The notes under the pieces: generated by a model
Told to the model about the DNA's origin: nothing
The model's input: the letters and a program-made list of their open reading frames with translations, nothing else
The model's database searches: none
DNA from: Verrucomicrobiales bacterium
Lineage (GTDB): Bacteria > Verrucomicrobiota > Verrucomicrobiia > Verrucomicrobiales > Akkermansiaceae
Assembly: GCA_038256845.1 (NCBI GenBank)
Contig: JBBSJY010000001.1
Location: forward strand, 1 to 62,579
DNA length: 62,579 nt
Direction: 5' to 3'
Shown: positions 27,661-38,052 of the stretch, in pieces
How the letters are laid out: the number at the start of each line of letters is the position of its first letter
Numbering within the stretch: position 1 is the first letter of the stretch
Program-made: the position numbers and the translations under genes

Positions 27661-28638
27661 TTACGATTCAGTCCTTTGCAGCCGGTTCCAGACGAAGTGG
27701 CAGGCCGCCGCGGTGAGGCCCAGCGCCAGCAGCGGGATCAATCCCGAACGCAAGTTGTCCCCCACCCCCCACGGCGACAGCCCGCTCTCCGGATTCGCGC
27801 GATGCATCAGGTTGAAGCCTTTGAACGCGAACACCCAGCCGGCGTGCAATCCGATGGAAAACCACAGCGCTCCCGTGCGCATCCGTGCCCACGCGAGAAT
27901 GAGACCGACCACGAAAAGTGTCGCGAAATCCGCCACGAAGAACCTCGGGTCGGTGAAATGCAGCAGGATCCTTCCCAACGCGACAAAACCGGCAAAGGGC
28001 GAGGTGGGATCAGCCATTTCGCCACCCGGAGGATTGAGAAAGTGGACGAAAGCAAACACCAGCGAAGTCCCCAGGCAGGCGGAGAGCGGTTTCGCCACCC
28101 GAAGCCAAACACCCAGCAGCAGTCCGCGGAACACCCATTCCTCCACCAGAGATGCTCCGATCGCGGGAGCGACCGCCTTTCCCAGAAGATCCCCTCCGTC
28201 CGGCATCTCGCCTCTCCGGAGAAACGCCCCGGCCATTTCCAAGGCGCTGCCCGCCGCCCACAGGATGCCGGCGGCGATCACGAACCCGAAAAATACCTGC
28301 ACGCCCGCCAGCTTCCAGGACGTGCGCGATTTGACGACGGTCATCGGACCCCGATCTGCCTTTACCACCCGCAGCCGGAGAATGAGAACCGGCATCAGCA
28401 GCAGCGCGGAAAGCATCAGCGAGCGATTGAAATAGCGGCCGAACTTCGCCCGCTCCGCCGACTCCGCCACCGATTCCATCAGTGCCGGGAGTTCCGTCGT
28501 CGCGGCTTCCGCTGTCAGCCATTGGCCGCCGGCGACCAGCCACGGCACCACTGCGGCGGCCAGAATCAGCGAGAACGCCACCCACAGGACGACGGCACCG
28601 GCTTCGGAACGGAGGAAACGCATGAGGCGCGGAAGCAA
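27661..28638 (-). CDS. CPBP (Abi/CAAX) family intramembrane metalloprotease
   Basis: EEWVFRG, FAFVHF, IGLHAGW. Confidence 0.85.
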   Translation of the reverse strand: MLPRLMRFLRSEAGAVVLWVAFSLILAAAVVPWLVAGGQWLTAEAATTELPALMESVAESAERAKFGRYFNRSLMLSALLLMPVLILRLRVVKADRGPMTVVKSRTSWKLAGVQVFFGFVIAAGILWAAGSALEMAGAFLRRGEMPDGGDLLGKAVAPAIGASLVEEWVFRGLLLGVWLRVAKPLSACLGTSLVFAFVHFLNPPGGEMADPTSPFAGFVALGRILLHFTDPRFFVADFATLFVVGLILAWARMRTGALWFSIGLHAGWVFAFKGFNLMHRANPESGLSPWGVGDNLRSGLIPLLALGLTAAACHFVWNRLQRTES

Positions 28639-28725
28639 TGGAGAAAGGAGACCGCGTTGTCGAGCAGCGGCTTGAGAAAGGCGCTTGCCCCTCCTCCGGC
28701 CGGGGGGGATTCTACCGGTTCGGCC

Positions 28726-30519
28726 GTGAAGCAGTATCTACCCTATTACAAGCACCTCCGGGTGGTGAAGCTGCCCTTCGCGCTCGGCGTGCTGAGCGGG
28801 CTGGTCTACGCGATCACAAGCGGGGCCGGTGTGCCTTTGCTGGTGAAGATCATATTCCCGGTCCTTTTCAGAGACAATCCGGAGAATGTGGGATGGTATC
28901 TCAATTGGCTGACGGACTTGGTCGGATCGTTGTCGCCGCAGCGGCTCCTGTTCATCACCTGCCTGTGGATTCCGCTGATCTCGATCATTCGTTCCGCATC
29001 CGCCTATGCGAATTCCTATCTGATCCAGTATTCCGGCATGCGGGTGCTGGAAGAGATCCGCATTGAACTTTTCATCAAGCTCCAGTCCTTGCCGCTCTCG
29101 TTCTACAAGAACAACAAATCCGGCGATCTTCTCGCCCGTCTGATGAGCGATACCGCCATTCTCCGGCAAGTGATCGCCAATGTTTCCAGCGATCTGATCA
29201 AACAGCCCGCGACTCTGCTCGCGGCAATGGGATATATCGCTTGGGAGGCATGGCAGAATGAAAGCGTTGCCATCGCCCTGATCCCGCTCGTCACCATCCC
29301 CCTCTGCGCCATGTTCATCCGCAGCGCGGGAAAGAAACTCGCAAAGCGCGCCAAGGCCTTGCAGCAGCAGGGCGGAGACATGACCGCGGCCTTGTCAGAA
29401 ACCCTGCAGGCCCCCCTGGAGATCCGTGCCTACAATCTCGAGGAGCGGCAGATCGAGAGCTTTCGGGAGCGGATTCGCACCATGCTGTCCCTCGCGATGA
29501 AAGTGGTGAAATACCGCCAGGCGATCTCGCCGTCGATCGAAGTCGTCGCAGCCATCGGACTCACCGCCGCACTCTATGTTGGGGTTAGCCAGGGAATGAA
29601 CCTGGAAGATTTCATGGCTTTGTTCGCGGCATTGTTCATGTCATATGAGCCGCTGAAAAAACTCGGAGCCATTCACTCGCACTTCAAGCAGGCCGATTCC
29701 GCCATCGAACGGATCCAATACATTTCACACCAGCCCGACACGGTCGCCGATGCCGTATCGCCCAAACCTTTCAAAGCACCACGAGATGCCATCCGGATTC
29801 AAAACCTGTCATTCTCCTATCATGACGAACCGGTCCTGAGTGATATCTCTTTGGAAATACCCATCGGCCAGGTCGTCGCGCTCGTCGGTCCCAGCGGAGC
29901 GGGAAAATCGACATTCGCAAATCTCATCCCGCGCTTCTACGATCCGATTTCCGGTTCGATCTCTTTCGACGGAATCGACATCCGCGAGTATACAAAAACC
30001 GATCTGCGCGGAGCGATTGCCGTCGTCCCGCAAATGCCCTCGCTCTTCATGGGAACCATCGCGGACAACATCCGCGTCGGTCGCCAGGAAGCGAGTGATG
30101 ACGAGGTCATCGAAGCAGCCGGGAAGGCGAACGCCCACGAATTCATCAGCGCCTGGCCGCTCGGATACGGCACCGATGTCGGCGAGCGCGGCGACCTTCT
30201 TTCCGGCGGCCAGCGGCAACGGATTGCCATCGCACGCGCCTTCCTCAAGGACGCGCCGGTCCTCATCCTCGACGAAGCAACCAGCGCACTCGATTCCGAA
30301 AGTGAAGCCATGGTCCAGCAGGCCCTCGGCGCGCTCGTGAAGGGCCGCACCACCTTCATCATCGCCCACCGCTTCAGCACCATCACCATCGCCGACCGCG
30401 TCCTCGTCTTCAACGCCGGCAGGATCGTCGCCGATGGCAATCACGAGACGCTTCGCGAAACCAATCCCACCTATCAAGCCATGCTCGGCTCGCAGCTCGG
30501 CCTCGACGCCGCAATCTAA
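28726..30519 (+). CDS. ABC exporter ATP-binding/permease (MsbA-like)
   Basis: TM domain plus GPSGAGKS, LSGGQRQR, LDEATSALD, IAHR; GTG start inferred. Confidence 0.9.
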   Translation: MKQYLPYYKHLRVVKLPFALGVLSGLVYAITSGAGVPLLVKIIFPVLFRDNPENVGWYLNWLTDLVGSLSPQRLLFITCLWIPLISIIRSASAYANSYLIQYSGMRVLEEIRIELFIKLQSLPLSFYKNNKSGDLLARLMSDTAILRQVIANVSSDLIKQPATLLAAMGYIAWEAWQNESVAIALIPLVTIPLCAMFIRSAGKKLAKRAKALQQQGGDMTAALSETLQAPLEIRAYNLEERQIESFRERIRTMLSLAMKVVKYRQAISPSIEVVAAIGLTAALYVGVSQGMNLEDFMALFAALFMSYEPLKKLGAIHSHFKQADSAIERIQYISHQPDTVADAVSPKPFKAPRDAIRIQNLSFSYHDEPVLSDISLEIPIGQVVALVGPSGAGKSTFANLIPRFYDPISGSISFDGIDIREYTKTDLRGAIAVVPQMPSLFMGTIADNIRVGRQEASDDEVIEAAGKANAHEFISAWPLGYGTDVGERGDLLSGGQRQRIAIARAFLKDAPVLILDEATSALDSESEAMVQQALGALVKGRTTFIIAHRFSTITIADRVLVFNAGRIVADGNHETLRETNPTYQAMLGSQLGLDAAI

Positions 30520-30536
30520 CAACAAACCTGGAATCC

Positions 30537-31451
30537 ATGAAACGCCGCACATTTCTCGCCACCGCCGCCGGAGTTCTCGCCGCATCGCGCCTGCCCGCAA
30601 TCGAGCCGATCGGACGCCAGGGCCAATCCCGCATGATGCTCGGTCTCGCCGCGTATTCGTTCCGCAACCGCATGAAGTGGATGCGGGGGACGCAGAATCC
30701 TTCGAAAGAAGGCGTGCCGTCCTGGGACCTTTTCGACTTCATCGATTTCTGCGCCGATCACGGTTGTCCGGGCGCGGAGCTCACCAGTTACTTTTTCCCG
30801 CCCGATGTGGACGATGATTATCTGCTGAGAATCAAACGCCACGCCTACCTCCGTGGCGTTGTGATTTGCGGCACCGCGGTGGGCAATACATTCACTCATC
30901 CCGAAGGCCCGGAACGTCGCGCGGAGATTGCATATGTCAAGGAATGGATTCACCACGCGTCAGTCATGGGGGCCCCTCACATCCGTATCTTTGCCGGCAA
31001 TATCCAGAAGGACTCCGCACGTGAGGATGCGGAAAAGAACTTTCTCGAATGCTACCGAGAGTGTCTGGAACTCGCCGCGGAAAAGGGCGTGTTTCTCGGA
31101 TTGGAAAACCATGGCGGCATTGTCGCGGAAGCGGATGCCTTGATCCGCCTGGTCCGCGCCGTCGACAGCCCGTGGGCCGGAATCAATTTCGACAGTGGCA
31201 ATTTCAAGACCGCCGATCCCTACGGCGACCTGGCCAAGATCGCCCCATACGCCGTGAACGTGCAGTTGAAGATGACTCTCCATCCTCAGGGCTCCGCAGA
31301 GCCCGAGACGACCGACGTCCCCCGTGTTCTCAAAATCCTCCGCGACGCGAATTACCAGGGTTGGTTCATCCTCGAGTATGAGGAGCCGGACGATCCGCAC
31401 GCCGCCGTTCCTCCGATTCTTGAGAAGTTGAAGCCTCTCCTGGCAGTCTGA
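30537..31451 (+). CDS. Sugar phosphate isomerase/epimerase (xylose isomerase-like TIM barrel), Tat-exported
   Basis: KRRTFL Tat motif, ELTSYFF, LENHGG, D.GNF, Y.G...LEYE. Confidence 0.85.
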   Translation: MKRRTFLATAAGVLAASRLPAIEPIGRQGQSRMMLGLAAYSFRNRMKWMRGTQNPSKEGVPSWDLFDFIDFCADHGCPGAELTSYFFPPDVDDDYLLRIKRHAYLRGVVICGTAVGNTFTHPEGPERRAEIAYVKEWIHHASVMGAPHIRIFAGNIQKDSAREDAEKNFLECYRECLELAAEKGVFLGLENHGGIVAEADALIRLVRAVDSPWAGINFDSGNFKTADPYGDLAKIAPYAVNVQLKMTLHPQGSAEPETTDVPRVLKILRDANYQGWFILEYEEPDDPHAAVPPILEKLKPLLAV

Positions 31452-31464
31452 GAACGAGTGGCTG

Positions 31465-33684
31465 TTAGGAAAAATTCAGGGCGTCCATGTCGAACACCAC
31501 CGTCACGTCTTCCGGCAGCGTCGTCCGCGCCAACACCGCTTGAACGTGGCGCGTCAGCGGCCGTGCGCGGTTGGACCGCAGGGTGATCTGGAAACGGAAC
31601 TGGCCGTGCGAACGGATCAACGGTGAAGGGAGCACTTCGCCAAGCGAAATTTCTCCGGGCAGGTCTTCCGAGAGACGCAGGTGCAGCGTCTGCAAGGTGA
31701 ACTCCGCACGGCGCTCATGTCCCGATCGCGCTGTTAGGACGGCGCAATGGGCGTAAGGCGGGAAGGAAAACTGTCGGCGGAACTCCATCTCCTGTTCGGA
31801 GAATCCGTCGAAGTCATGCTTTCTGGCATATTGGATCGAAGGTGAATGCGGAGTGAAGGTCTGCACGATCACCTCCCCTTCCACCTCGCCCCTTCCCGCT
31901 CTGCCGGCGACCTGTGTGATGAGCTGGAAAGTCCGCTCGCCCGCCCGGAAATCCGGCACGTGCAATCCAAGATCCGCATTCAGGATGCCCACCAACGTGA
32001 CATTGGGAAAATGCAATCCTTTGGCAATCATCTGCGTCCCGATCAGGATGTCGATCTTGTGCGCCTTGAAAGCGTTGAGCGAATCGCGGAGCGCATTCTT
32101 GCGACGCATGGCATCCGCGTCGATCCGGGCGAAGCGGGCGCTCGGCAAGACTTTCGCAAGCACTTCCTCTACCTTCTGGGTTCCGTATCCCTGAAGCGTG
32201 ATGGAAGGGTCACGGCATTCGGGGCATTTCTTTGGAACGATGGCCTGGTGACCGCAGACATGGCATATCAGCCTTTCGTCAGTCCGATGATAGGTCAAAG
32301 CCACGGCGCAGTGCGGGCATTGGCATACATGGCCGCAGGACAGACATTGCAGCGACCGGGCAAAGCCGCGGCGATTGAGAAACAGGATCGATTGCTCGCC
32401 CTTCTCCAGACGTTGCTCGAGCGCGGTCCGCAGCTTGTCGGATAGAATCGCCGGGCCGCCCTTGTGTTTGGCGGATTCCATCCGCATGTCGACCACTCTA
32501 ACCAACGGCATCGATTGCCCGTCGGCGCGCTCATTGAGGCGCAGAATCTGATATTTTCCCGTGACCGTGTTATGCCATGACTCCAACGAAGGAGTGGCCG
32601 AGCCAAGCACGATCGCGCAGGGTTCGAACGCGGCCCGCAGCACCGCCACATCACGGCCGTGATAGCGCGGCGGATTCTCCTGCTTGTAGCTGGTCTCGTG
32701 TTCCTCATCCACGAGGATCAGTCCGAGGTCCGGCAGAGGCGCGAAAACCGCCGAGCGCGCGCCAATGACGATCCTGGCCACACCCTTGCGGATGCGGTGC
32801 CATTCATCGAAGCGCTCTCCCTGCGAGAGGTGTGAATGCAGGACCGCCACCTGATCCTGCATTCCCGCGAACCGTGCCTTGAACCGCCGGACCGTCTGCG
32901 GCGTGAGCGATATCTCCGGGACAAGCACCAGCACGGTCTTTCCTCCGTCCAGCGCGCGGCGGGCCGCTTGAAGATAGACCTCGGTCTTACCCGACCCGGT
33001 GACTCCGAGGAGCAGAATGGGTTTTGAGGATTCCGGCGCGGCCACCGAGGCGAGCACGGCTTCCAGTGCTTCCGCCTGGCTGGTGTTGAGCGCGAGCGGC
33101 TGCGATTCAAGGATCTCCTCCACGCCGTCCGCCTCGGGATCGCGCCTCACCTCCTCGGTCTCAAGGCGAATCTGGCCGGCTTTCTCCAGCGCTTTGAGCG
33201 CGGCGGAATTTCCTTCTCCCAGCTCAGCCACGGCCAGGCGGTGGCCCGGGGCGACTGTTAGAAGCGAGAGAATGGCATGTTGCCTCGGCGCCCTCTTCTC
33301 CAGTTTCGCAAGCAGCTCATCCATCGGTTGGGAAACGAGAACCGCGATCCGCCGTGTTTTGGCCGAGTTGTCCTCGGAGCGGACCGATTCCGGCACCAGG
33401 CAGCGGATGACGGACTCGATACTACATCCATAGTAATTGGCAATCCATTCGCCGGTCCGCAGCAACACGGGAGTGATGAGCGGCTCGGGATCGATCAACG
33501 ATTCCAACTCGCGGATGGCAAAGTCCGCCTGCTCCGCCTCCGCCACGGAAAGCACGGTCCCCGTGGCGGACCGGCGGCGGAGCGGGATCCGCACGCGACA
33601 CCCGGGAAGCACCGGGAGGTCCACGGGTATGGCATAGTCGAAGACCAGCTCCGAAGGACCGTCAATCAGGACGCGGGCAATCAC
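31465..33684 (-). CDS. priA: Primosomal protein N'
   Basis: GVTGSGKTEVY, PEISLTPQ, DEEH, SATPS, four CxxC pairs, QVAGRAGR. Confidence 0.96.
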   Translation of the reverse strand: MIARVLIDGPSELVFDYAIPVDLPVLPGCRVRIPLRRRSATGTVLSVAEAEQADFAIRELESLIDPEPLITPVLLRTGEWIANYYGCSIESVIRCLVPESVRSEDNSAKTRRIAVLVSQPMDELLAKLEKRAPRQHAILSLLTVAPGHRLAVAELGEGNSAALKALEKAGQIRLETEEVRRDPEADGVEEILESQPLALNTSQAEALEAVLASVAAPESSKPILLLGVTGSGKTEVYLQAARRALDGGKTVLVLVPEISLTPQTVRRFKARFAGMQDQVAVLHSHLSQGERFDEWHRIRKGVARIVIGARSAVFAPLPDLGLILVDEEHETSYKQENPPRYHGRDVAVLRAAFEPCAIVLGSATPSLESWHNTVTGKYQILRLNERADGQSMPLVRVVDMRMESAKHKGGPAILSDKLRTALEQRLEKGEQSILFLNRRGFARSLQCLSCGHVCQCPHCAVALTYHRTDERLICHVCGHQAIVPKKCPECRDPSITLQGYGTQKVEEVLAKVLPSARFARIDADAMRRKNALRDSLNAFKAHKIDILIGTQMIAKGLHFPNVTLVGILNADLGLHVPDFRAGERTFQLITQVAGRAGRGEVEGEVIVQTFTPHSPSIQYARKHDFDGFSEQEMEFRRQFSFPPYAHCAVLTARSGHERRAEFTLQTLHLRLSEDLPGEISLGEVLPSPLIRSHGQFRFQITLRSNRARPLTRHVQAVLARTTLPEDVTVVFDMDALNFS

Positions 33685-33727
33685 GGGGAAAGGCTGGCGG
33701 CGGAAAGAACCGCGGCCAAGGCTGATT

Positions 33728-35728
33728 TCACGGGTCGATCCGCACCCGGTCTCCGGCTCGGGTCATTGCGAAAAGTTTGGAAGCGTTTCCGGCCGGAAGC
33801 CGGATGCAGCCGGACGACGCGGGATAGCCGGGAACATATCCCTGGTGTAAACCGATATCGCTGCAACTGAGGCGCTGGAAATACGGCATGCTGGCATCAT
33901 AGATGGTGGACGTCCAATGCCGGTGCTTGTTTGTGATCACAAACTCGCCCGTGGGTGTCGGTTTGCCTTTTTTCCCGGTGGACACCCGGGTGGAGAAAAC
34001 CTCATTCCCGTCGCGATCATACATCCACGCCTTCTGTTGGCTCAGATTGATGACGATATGTCTCTCCTCCCGCACGGGATCCTGCCCCAGCAGAAGTCGC
34101 ATCATTTTCACATCCCCGCGGCGGGATGCGAAATTGATTGGCCATAATCTGGCCGTGCGGGTCCAGACACTTTTCTTCGCTCCTGCTGCCATCAAGCGGC
34201 GCGTGGTTTCCAAGTCCCCGGAATCGGCGGCGACCATAAGCGGCGTGATATTCCGGTCGTTCCTGAGGGCCCAGCGAATCACCCCAGCCCGTGCGGACTT
34301 GATGAAAACGGGTGCCACAGGATGAGCGAAAGGCAGGTTCGGATCCGCGCCGGCATCCAGCAGGTGGGCAACCGTTTCATCGCATCCGGTCAGAAGCGCG
34401 AGGTGCAGCGGGGTCTGACCCTCCGGCAGCCCGGCCCGGGGATCCGCTCCGTGCCGGATCAGGAAGCATGCGATGCGGTCATGTCCGCCGCGGATTGCCG
34501 CGGCAAGCGGCGTTTCAAGCGAGGGCGGCAGCGAGGAATTCGGGTGCACCCCGCAAGCCAACAACAAGCCAACCATTCCATCGTCTCCCCGCGCGCTCGC
34601 CAGTTGGAGCGCCTTGCCTGCGGGTTGGCCATAGTCCAGCAGCAGCTTTGCAAATCCCGCCCGGCCCTGCGCTGCCGCCGCTTCCGCCGGCAGCAGCCCA
34701 TCCGGACCACGCGACGTCGCGATCACACCGTGGGCGAGCAACCATCGTGCACCAGACAAATCATGAGATTCGATCCTCTGGCGCAGGGCATTCGCCGCAC
34801 CTGTCCCCGTCAAGCGGACCTTGTGGTGTAGAAAAACTTCCAGCAGGGCGGAGTCGCCGACGGCCAAGGCTGTATCCACCGGACTCTGGGGCGCGCCGGC
34901 GGTCACCAGATAAGGGTCAGCTCCTGCGGCCAGCAGTGCCTCCACCAGGTCGGCCCGTCGGCTGACGGTGGCGATTTGCAACAGTGTGGGTTGATCCGGT
35001 GCCGGGCGGTTCGGGTCGGCCCCGGCCGCAGCGAGGCCGGGCAGGGAATCGAGCCATTCGTGGCGGAGTGCCAGGTGCAACACCGTTTCGCCATTCGAGT
35101 CCACCGCCGCGGGATCCGCGCCCAGTTCAAGGAGCTCCCCCACGATCTCCCTGCGCCCGGCCGCCATTGCGAGGTGAACGAGCGGGCTGCCGTTCCGATC
35201 GGTCGCATGGGGATCGGCACCGGACCGCAACATTGCCCGCACCGCAACGAGACGTCCCTTGCGGATCGCCCATGGGAGAATCCTCTCGCCGTCCTTCATA
35301 AGGCCGTCAGCCCGAGCACCCCGCGTGATGAGCTTTTCGGCAATGACGGTCTCGCCGGCGGCGAGTGCCTGTGCAAGAACGCTCGTGCCGTCAGGCGCGG
35401 ATGCATTCACATCGGCTCCCGCTTCGATCAGGTTGAACACCGCACGGAAGTCGCCAGCCTCCAGGGCGATCCTCAAGGGTGTGCGGCCCGCGGAATCGAT
35501 GTGCTCGGTGTGAACTTTCGCGGCGAGCAACAAGTCGGTCCGATACGGATCGGCCTCCGCCACCGCCTCCACGAGAGAGCGCCCGGAAGCTTCGATACCG
35601 CTTCTTGCCAACACTTTCAGGGCCCGGTTCTCGGGTGCCTCACAAGACACAATGCCCCCCGTGGTCCATAGCAGGGAACATTGGATTGCGCGAAAAAACT
35701 GGCGTAATACGGGCACGGCGGGCGACAT
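33728..35728 (-). CDS. Ankyrin-repeat lipoprotein with C-terminal L,D-transpeptidase (YkuD) domain
   Basis: Lipobox-like IVSC, many TPLH/GAD(P)N ankyrin repeats, VSTG...PTPTG.F, MPYFQRL, H.G...GYPAS.GCIRLP. Confidence 0.85.
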   Translation of the reverse strand: MSPAVPVLRQFFRAIQCSLLWTTGGIVSCEAPENRALKVLARSGIEASGRSLVEAVAEADPYRTDLLLAAKVHTEHIDSAGRTPLRIALEAGDFRAVFNLIEAGADVNASAPDGTSVLAQALAAGETVIAEKLITRGARADGLMKDGERILPWAIRKGRLVAVRAMLRSGADPHATDRNGSPLVHLAMAAGRREIVGELLELGADPAAVDSNGETVLHLALRHEWLDSLPGLAAAGADPNRPAPDQPTLLQIATVSRRADLVEALLAAGADPYLVTAGAPQSPVDTALAVGDSALLEVFLHHKVRLTGTGAANALRQRIESHDLSGARWLLAHGVIATSRGPDGLLPAEAAAAQGRAGFAKLLLDYGQPAGKALQLASARGDDGMVGLLLACGVHPNSSLPPSLETPLAAAIRGGHDRIACFLIRHGADPRAGLPEGQTPLHLALLTGCDETVAHLLDAGADPNLPFAHPVAPVFIKSARAGVIRWALRNDRNITPLMVAADSGDLETTRRLMAAGAKKSVWTRTARLWPINFASRRGDVKMMRLLLGQDPVREERHIVINLSQQKAWMYDRDGNEVFSTRVSTGKKGKPTPTGEFVITNKHRHWTSTIYDASMPYFQRLSCSDIGLHQGYVPGYPASSGCIRLPAGNASKLFAMTRAGDRVRIDP

Positions 35729-35805
35729 CCTAGGGAGCAGCGGAATATCAATCAAGTCCACAGCTCCGGAATGGCCGGAAGCCGGCCTGCCAATTGCCGC
35801 ATGAT

Positions 35806-37560
35806 TCACTCCTCGACAGCGGGACCGTCTCCCGCCAGCTCGGCAAGCTCCCCCTGAAATTTCTGATAGGACCGGATCAGATTTGTTTGTTCCGCGGTGA
35901 CGGTCTGCGCCCCGGAGCTAGGGTTGATACGAACCCGGTAGGCGCGACCCAGCGACCGGATGGCCATACTGAGGTCTCTTGCCTTTGAAAACAGAGCCCG
36001 ATCGCTTGTATCCACATAGCGGTCCAAGCGGTCGACTCTTCCACGGCATCGCTCATAGGTAGGATCGATTTGGTCGATCATTCCTTGGGCAAGCAGTCCC
36101 TCGCCCGCTTTCGACAGCCATTCCATGGGCTCCAAAGCCCGCCTGAGCTCGCTGGCGAGGATTCTCCGCGGAAGGAGGACGGGGCGCTCCCCTGCCCCTT
36201 GGATCGCAAGCATCCTGGCGGACAGGTGATTGGGGACGGCATGAGCGATTTCTCCGACCCGTTGCCTGACGAGACGGTTCGCAACATATTGGCCGACCGG
36301 TTGTGAATCAGCCTTTTCCTGAATCTCTTTGAATTTGGCGAAAGCTTCGGCCAGAGCCGGAGGCGGAACTTTCGCGGTGTAATCGAGGAGCTCGGCGGTG
36401 GAACCCGCAGCGAGGATCTCATACCGCAGGAAGAATCCGGGCTCTTCGAGCGCCAGGATGGCCGGGAGATGTTCGCTCGCGCTGGCCGGAACCACCAGGC
36501 GACCCTTCCCGGAATCGGTCAGAGATCGCAAATGTTCCCAAAACCGGGGAAACATTCCGAAGGAGCCATCGTCTCCTACCGCTCCAATCACCGTCGCCGA
36601 AGCCTCCCTGCCGGTGAGCGCGGCGCTGATCACCACGAATGCCGCGCCGCTGACAGACTGCCGGTTTCTGGCAAAAAGGTAAGGGGCACCCTCTCCAACC
36701 CGAATCCCGAGGCCGACCGGCGGGAGAGAACCGTGCACACTCGCGAGGCTGGTTTCGAGCTTTCTGAGCACCTGTTCCACAGCCTTTCCCGCGACATCCG
36801 CGGGCAGCAAGAGGTCGAACTTCGCCAAGTCTTCGCCGGAACCGGGGGCTTCACTCAGACGCAGTCCGACGGAAACCGGGCCGAGCACCTCTTCTTTGGT
36901 TTCAGGGTGGATCGTCCAGAGAGGCGCGGTCACCACCGCTTCCGGGAGTTTCACGTATTCCTTCTCTGCACCAATAGGGGCCTCCATGCTGTCCTCAGCC
37001 TCTACCTTCTTCGCTACTTCTTTATATTCAGAGACATCTGGAATCCACCCCGACCATGCTCCCTTCTCGCCGTCTGCCTTCGCCAACACCGCGCGAGGAT
37101 GTTCCGGGTCCGCCAGAATCATGAGGTCGCGCAAACATGCAGCCAATGCAGCGCCGTCGGTCCCTGCTTCCGGTGTCTCCAACCAGCCTAGCAATTGCCA
37201 GATTCTCACCTTTGCCTTCTCAAATTGGGAGGGATCGGCCGCCTCCCCTAAGTCCCGTTTCAGCACATGGGCGTCCAGAAGTTGGCGGGCGGTGGAGTTT
37301 GCCGGATCCAGTGCGGTGGCCAGACCCAACATCTGGGCAATTCCCCGGCGTTTCTCCGGAGAGTCGGGATCCATTCCTCTGGCAAGGGTTTCGACCTGGC
37401 TGGAAAGAATCGAGAGCGTATCCACATCAAGCGGCAAAAGGTCGCGCCGGAAGGCTACGGGACCTTCCGCGGGCGCTGGAAATGGAACCTCGGCAAAGGT
37501 CAGACCCCATAGGCAACACAGCAGGGCAATCGGCTTGAAATGGAATGGAACGACACACAT
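35806..37560 (-). CDS. Secreted hypothetical protein with degenerate Lon_C (S16)-like domain
   Basis: Signal peptide; segment QSVSGAAFVVISAALTG...VIG.V..DG......EHL......RLVVP resembles the Lon protease domain. Confidence 0.5.
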   Translation of the reverse strand: MCVVPFHFKPIALLCCLWGLTFAEVPFPAPAEGPVAFRRDLLPLDVDTLSILSSQVETLARGMDPDSPEKRRGIAQMLGLATALDPANSTARQLLDAHVLKRDLGEAADPSQFEKAKVRIWQLLGWLETPEAGTDGAALAACLRDLMILADPEHPRAVLAKADGEKGAWSGWIPDVSEYKEVAKKVEAEDSMEAPIGAEKEYVKLPEAVVTAPLWTIHPETKEEVLGPVSVGLRLSEAPGSGEDLAKFDLLLPADVAGKAVEQVLRKLETSLASVHGSLPPVGLGIRVGEGAPYLFARNRQSVSGAAFVVISAALTGREASATVIGAVGDDGSFGMFPRFWEHLRSLTDSGKGRLVVPASASEHLPAILALEEPGFFLRYEILAAGSTAELLDYTAKVPPPALAEAFAKFKEIQEKADSQPVGQYVANRLVRQRVGEIAHAVPNHLSARMLAIQGAGERPVLLPRRILASELRRALEPMEWLSKAGEGLLAQGMIDQIDPTYERCRGRVDRLDRYVDTSDRALFSKARDLSMAIRSLGRAYRVRINPSSGAQTVTAEQTNLIRSYQKFQGELAELAGDGPAVEE

Positions 37561-37641
37561 CCGGTGGGCCAATGAAGTGCAGATCATGATGTCCCTCAAG
37601 GCGACAATTGCACCCGGCCCCGGATGGTCGTAAAATTACGC

Positions 37642-38052
37642 ATGTCAGGGAACCGGCCTCACTTGCAAACCAGAGAAGAAGTCATGTTTTTCGATACGGA
37701 TTGCGGTGGAGTCGTCCATAATCTCGCCTATTTGCGAATGATTGAAACCTGTCGCACCCGACTCGCCGCGCTCATGGGGATGGACCTCCGTTCGATGGCG
37801 GAGAGCCGGATTTTTCCAGTGCTCACCCGGACCGAAATCGATTACAAGCGTCCCGGAGTCCTCGGAGATTGGGTTGTGGTGCGCGGCGCGCTTGCAGATG
37901 TTTCAAAAGCACGGTTCTGGTGTGATTTTGAAATGCGCCGCGAGGCCGACGACCTCCTTCTGGTCACCGCACGCCAATCGCTGGCACTGGTGGAAATGCC
38001 CCTTGGGCGCCCGATACGCTTGCCCGCGGAATGGATCAAACAATGGGGATAA
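37642..38052 (+). CDS. Acyl-CoA thioesterase (4-HBT/YbgC-like)
   Basis: V.F.DTD.GGVVHN..YL..IE..R, EIDY.RP. Confidence 0.88.
   Translation: MSGNRPHLQTREEVMFFDTDCGGVVHNLAYLRMIETCRTRLAALMGMDLRSMAESRIFPVLTRTEIDYKRPGVLGDWVVVRGALADVSKARFWCDFEMRREADDLLLVTARQSLALVEMPLGRPIRLPAEWIKQWG

Noticed and set aside
27676-28725. 947-aa ORF suggesting a long N-terminal extension on the ABC exporter
   Set aside because: The extension is antisense to the CPBP gene and not protein-like; the likely start is GTG 28726
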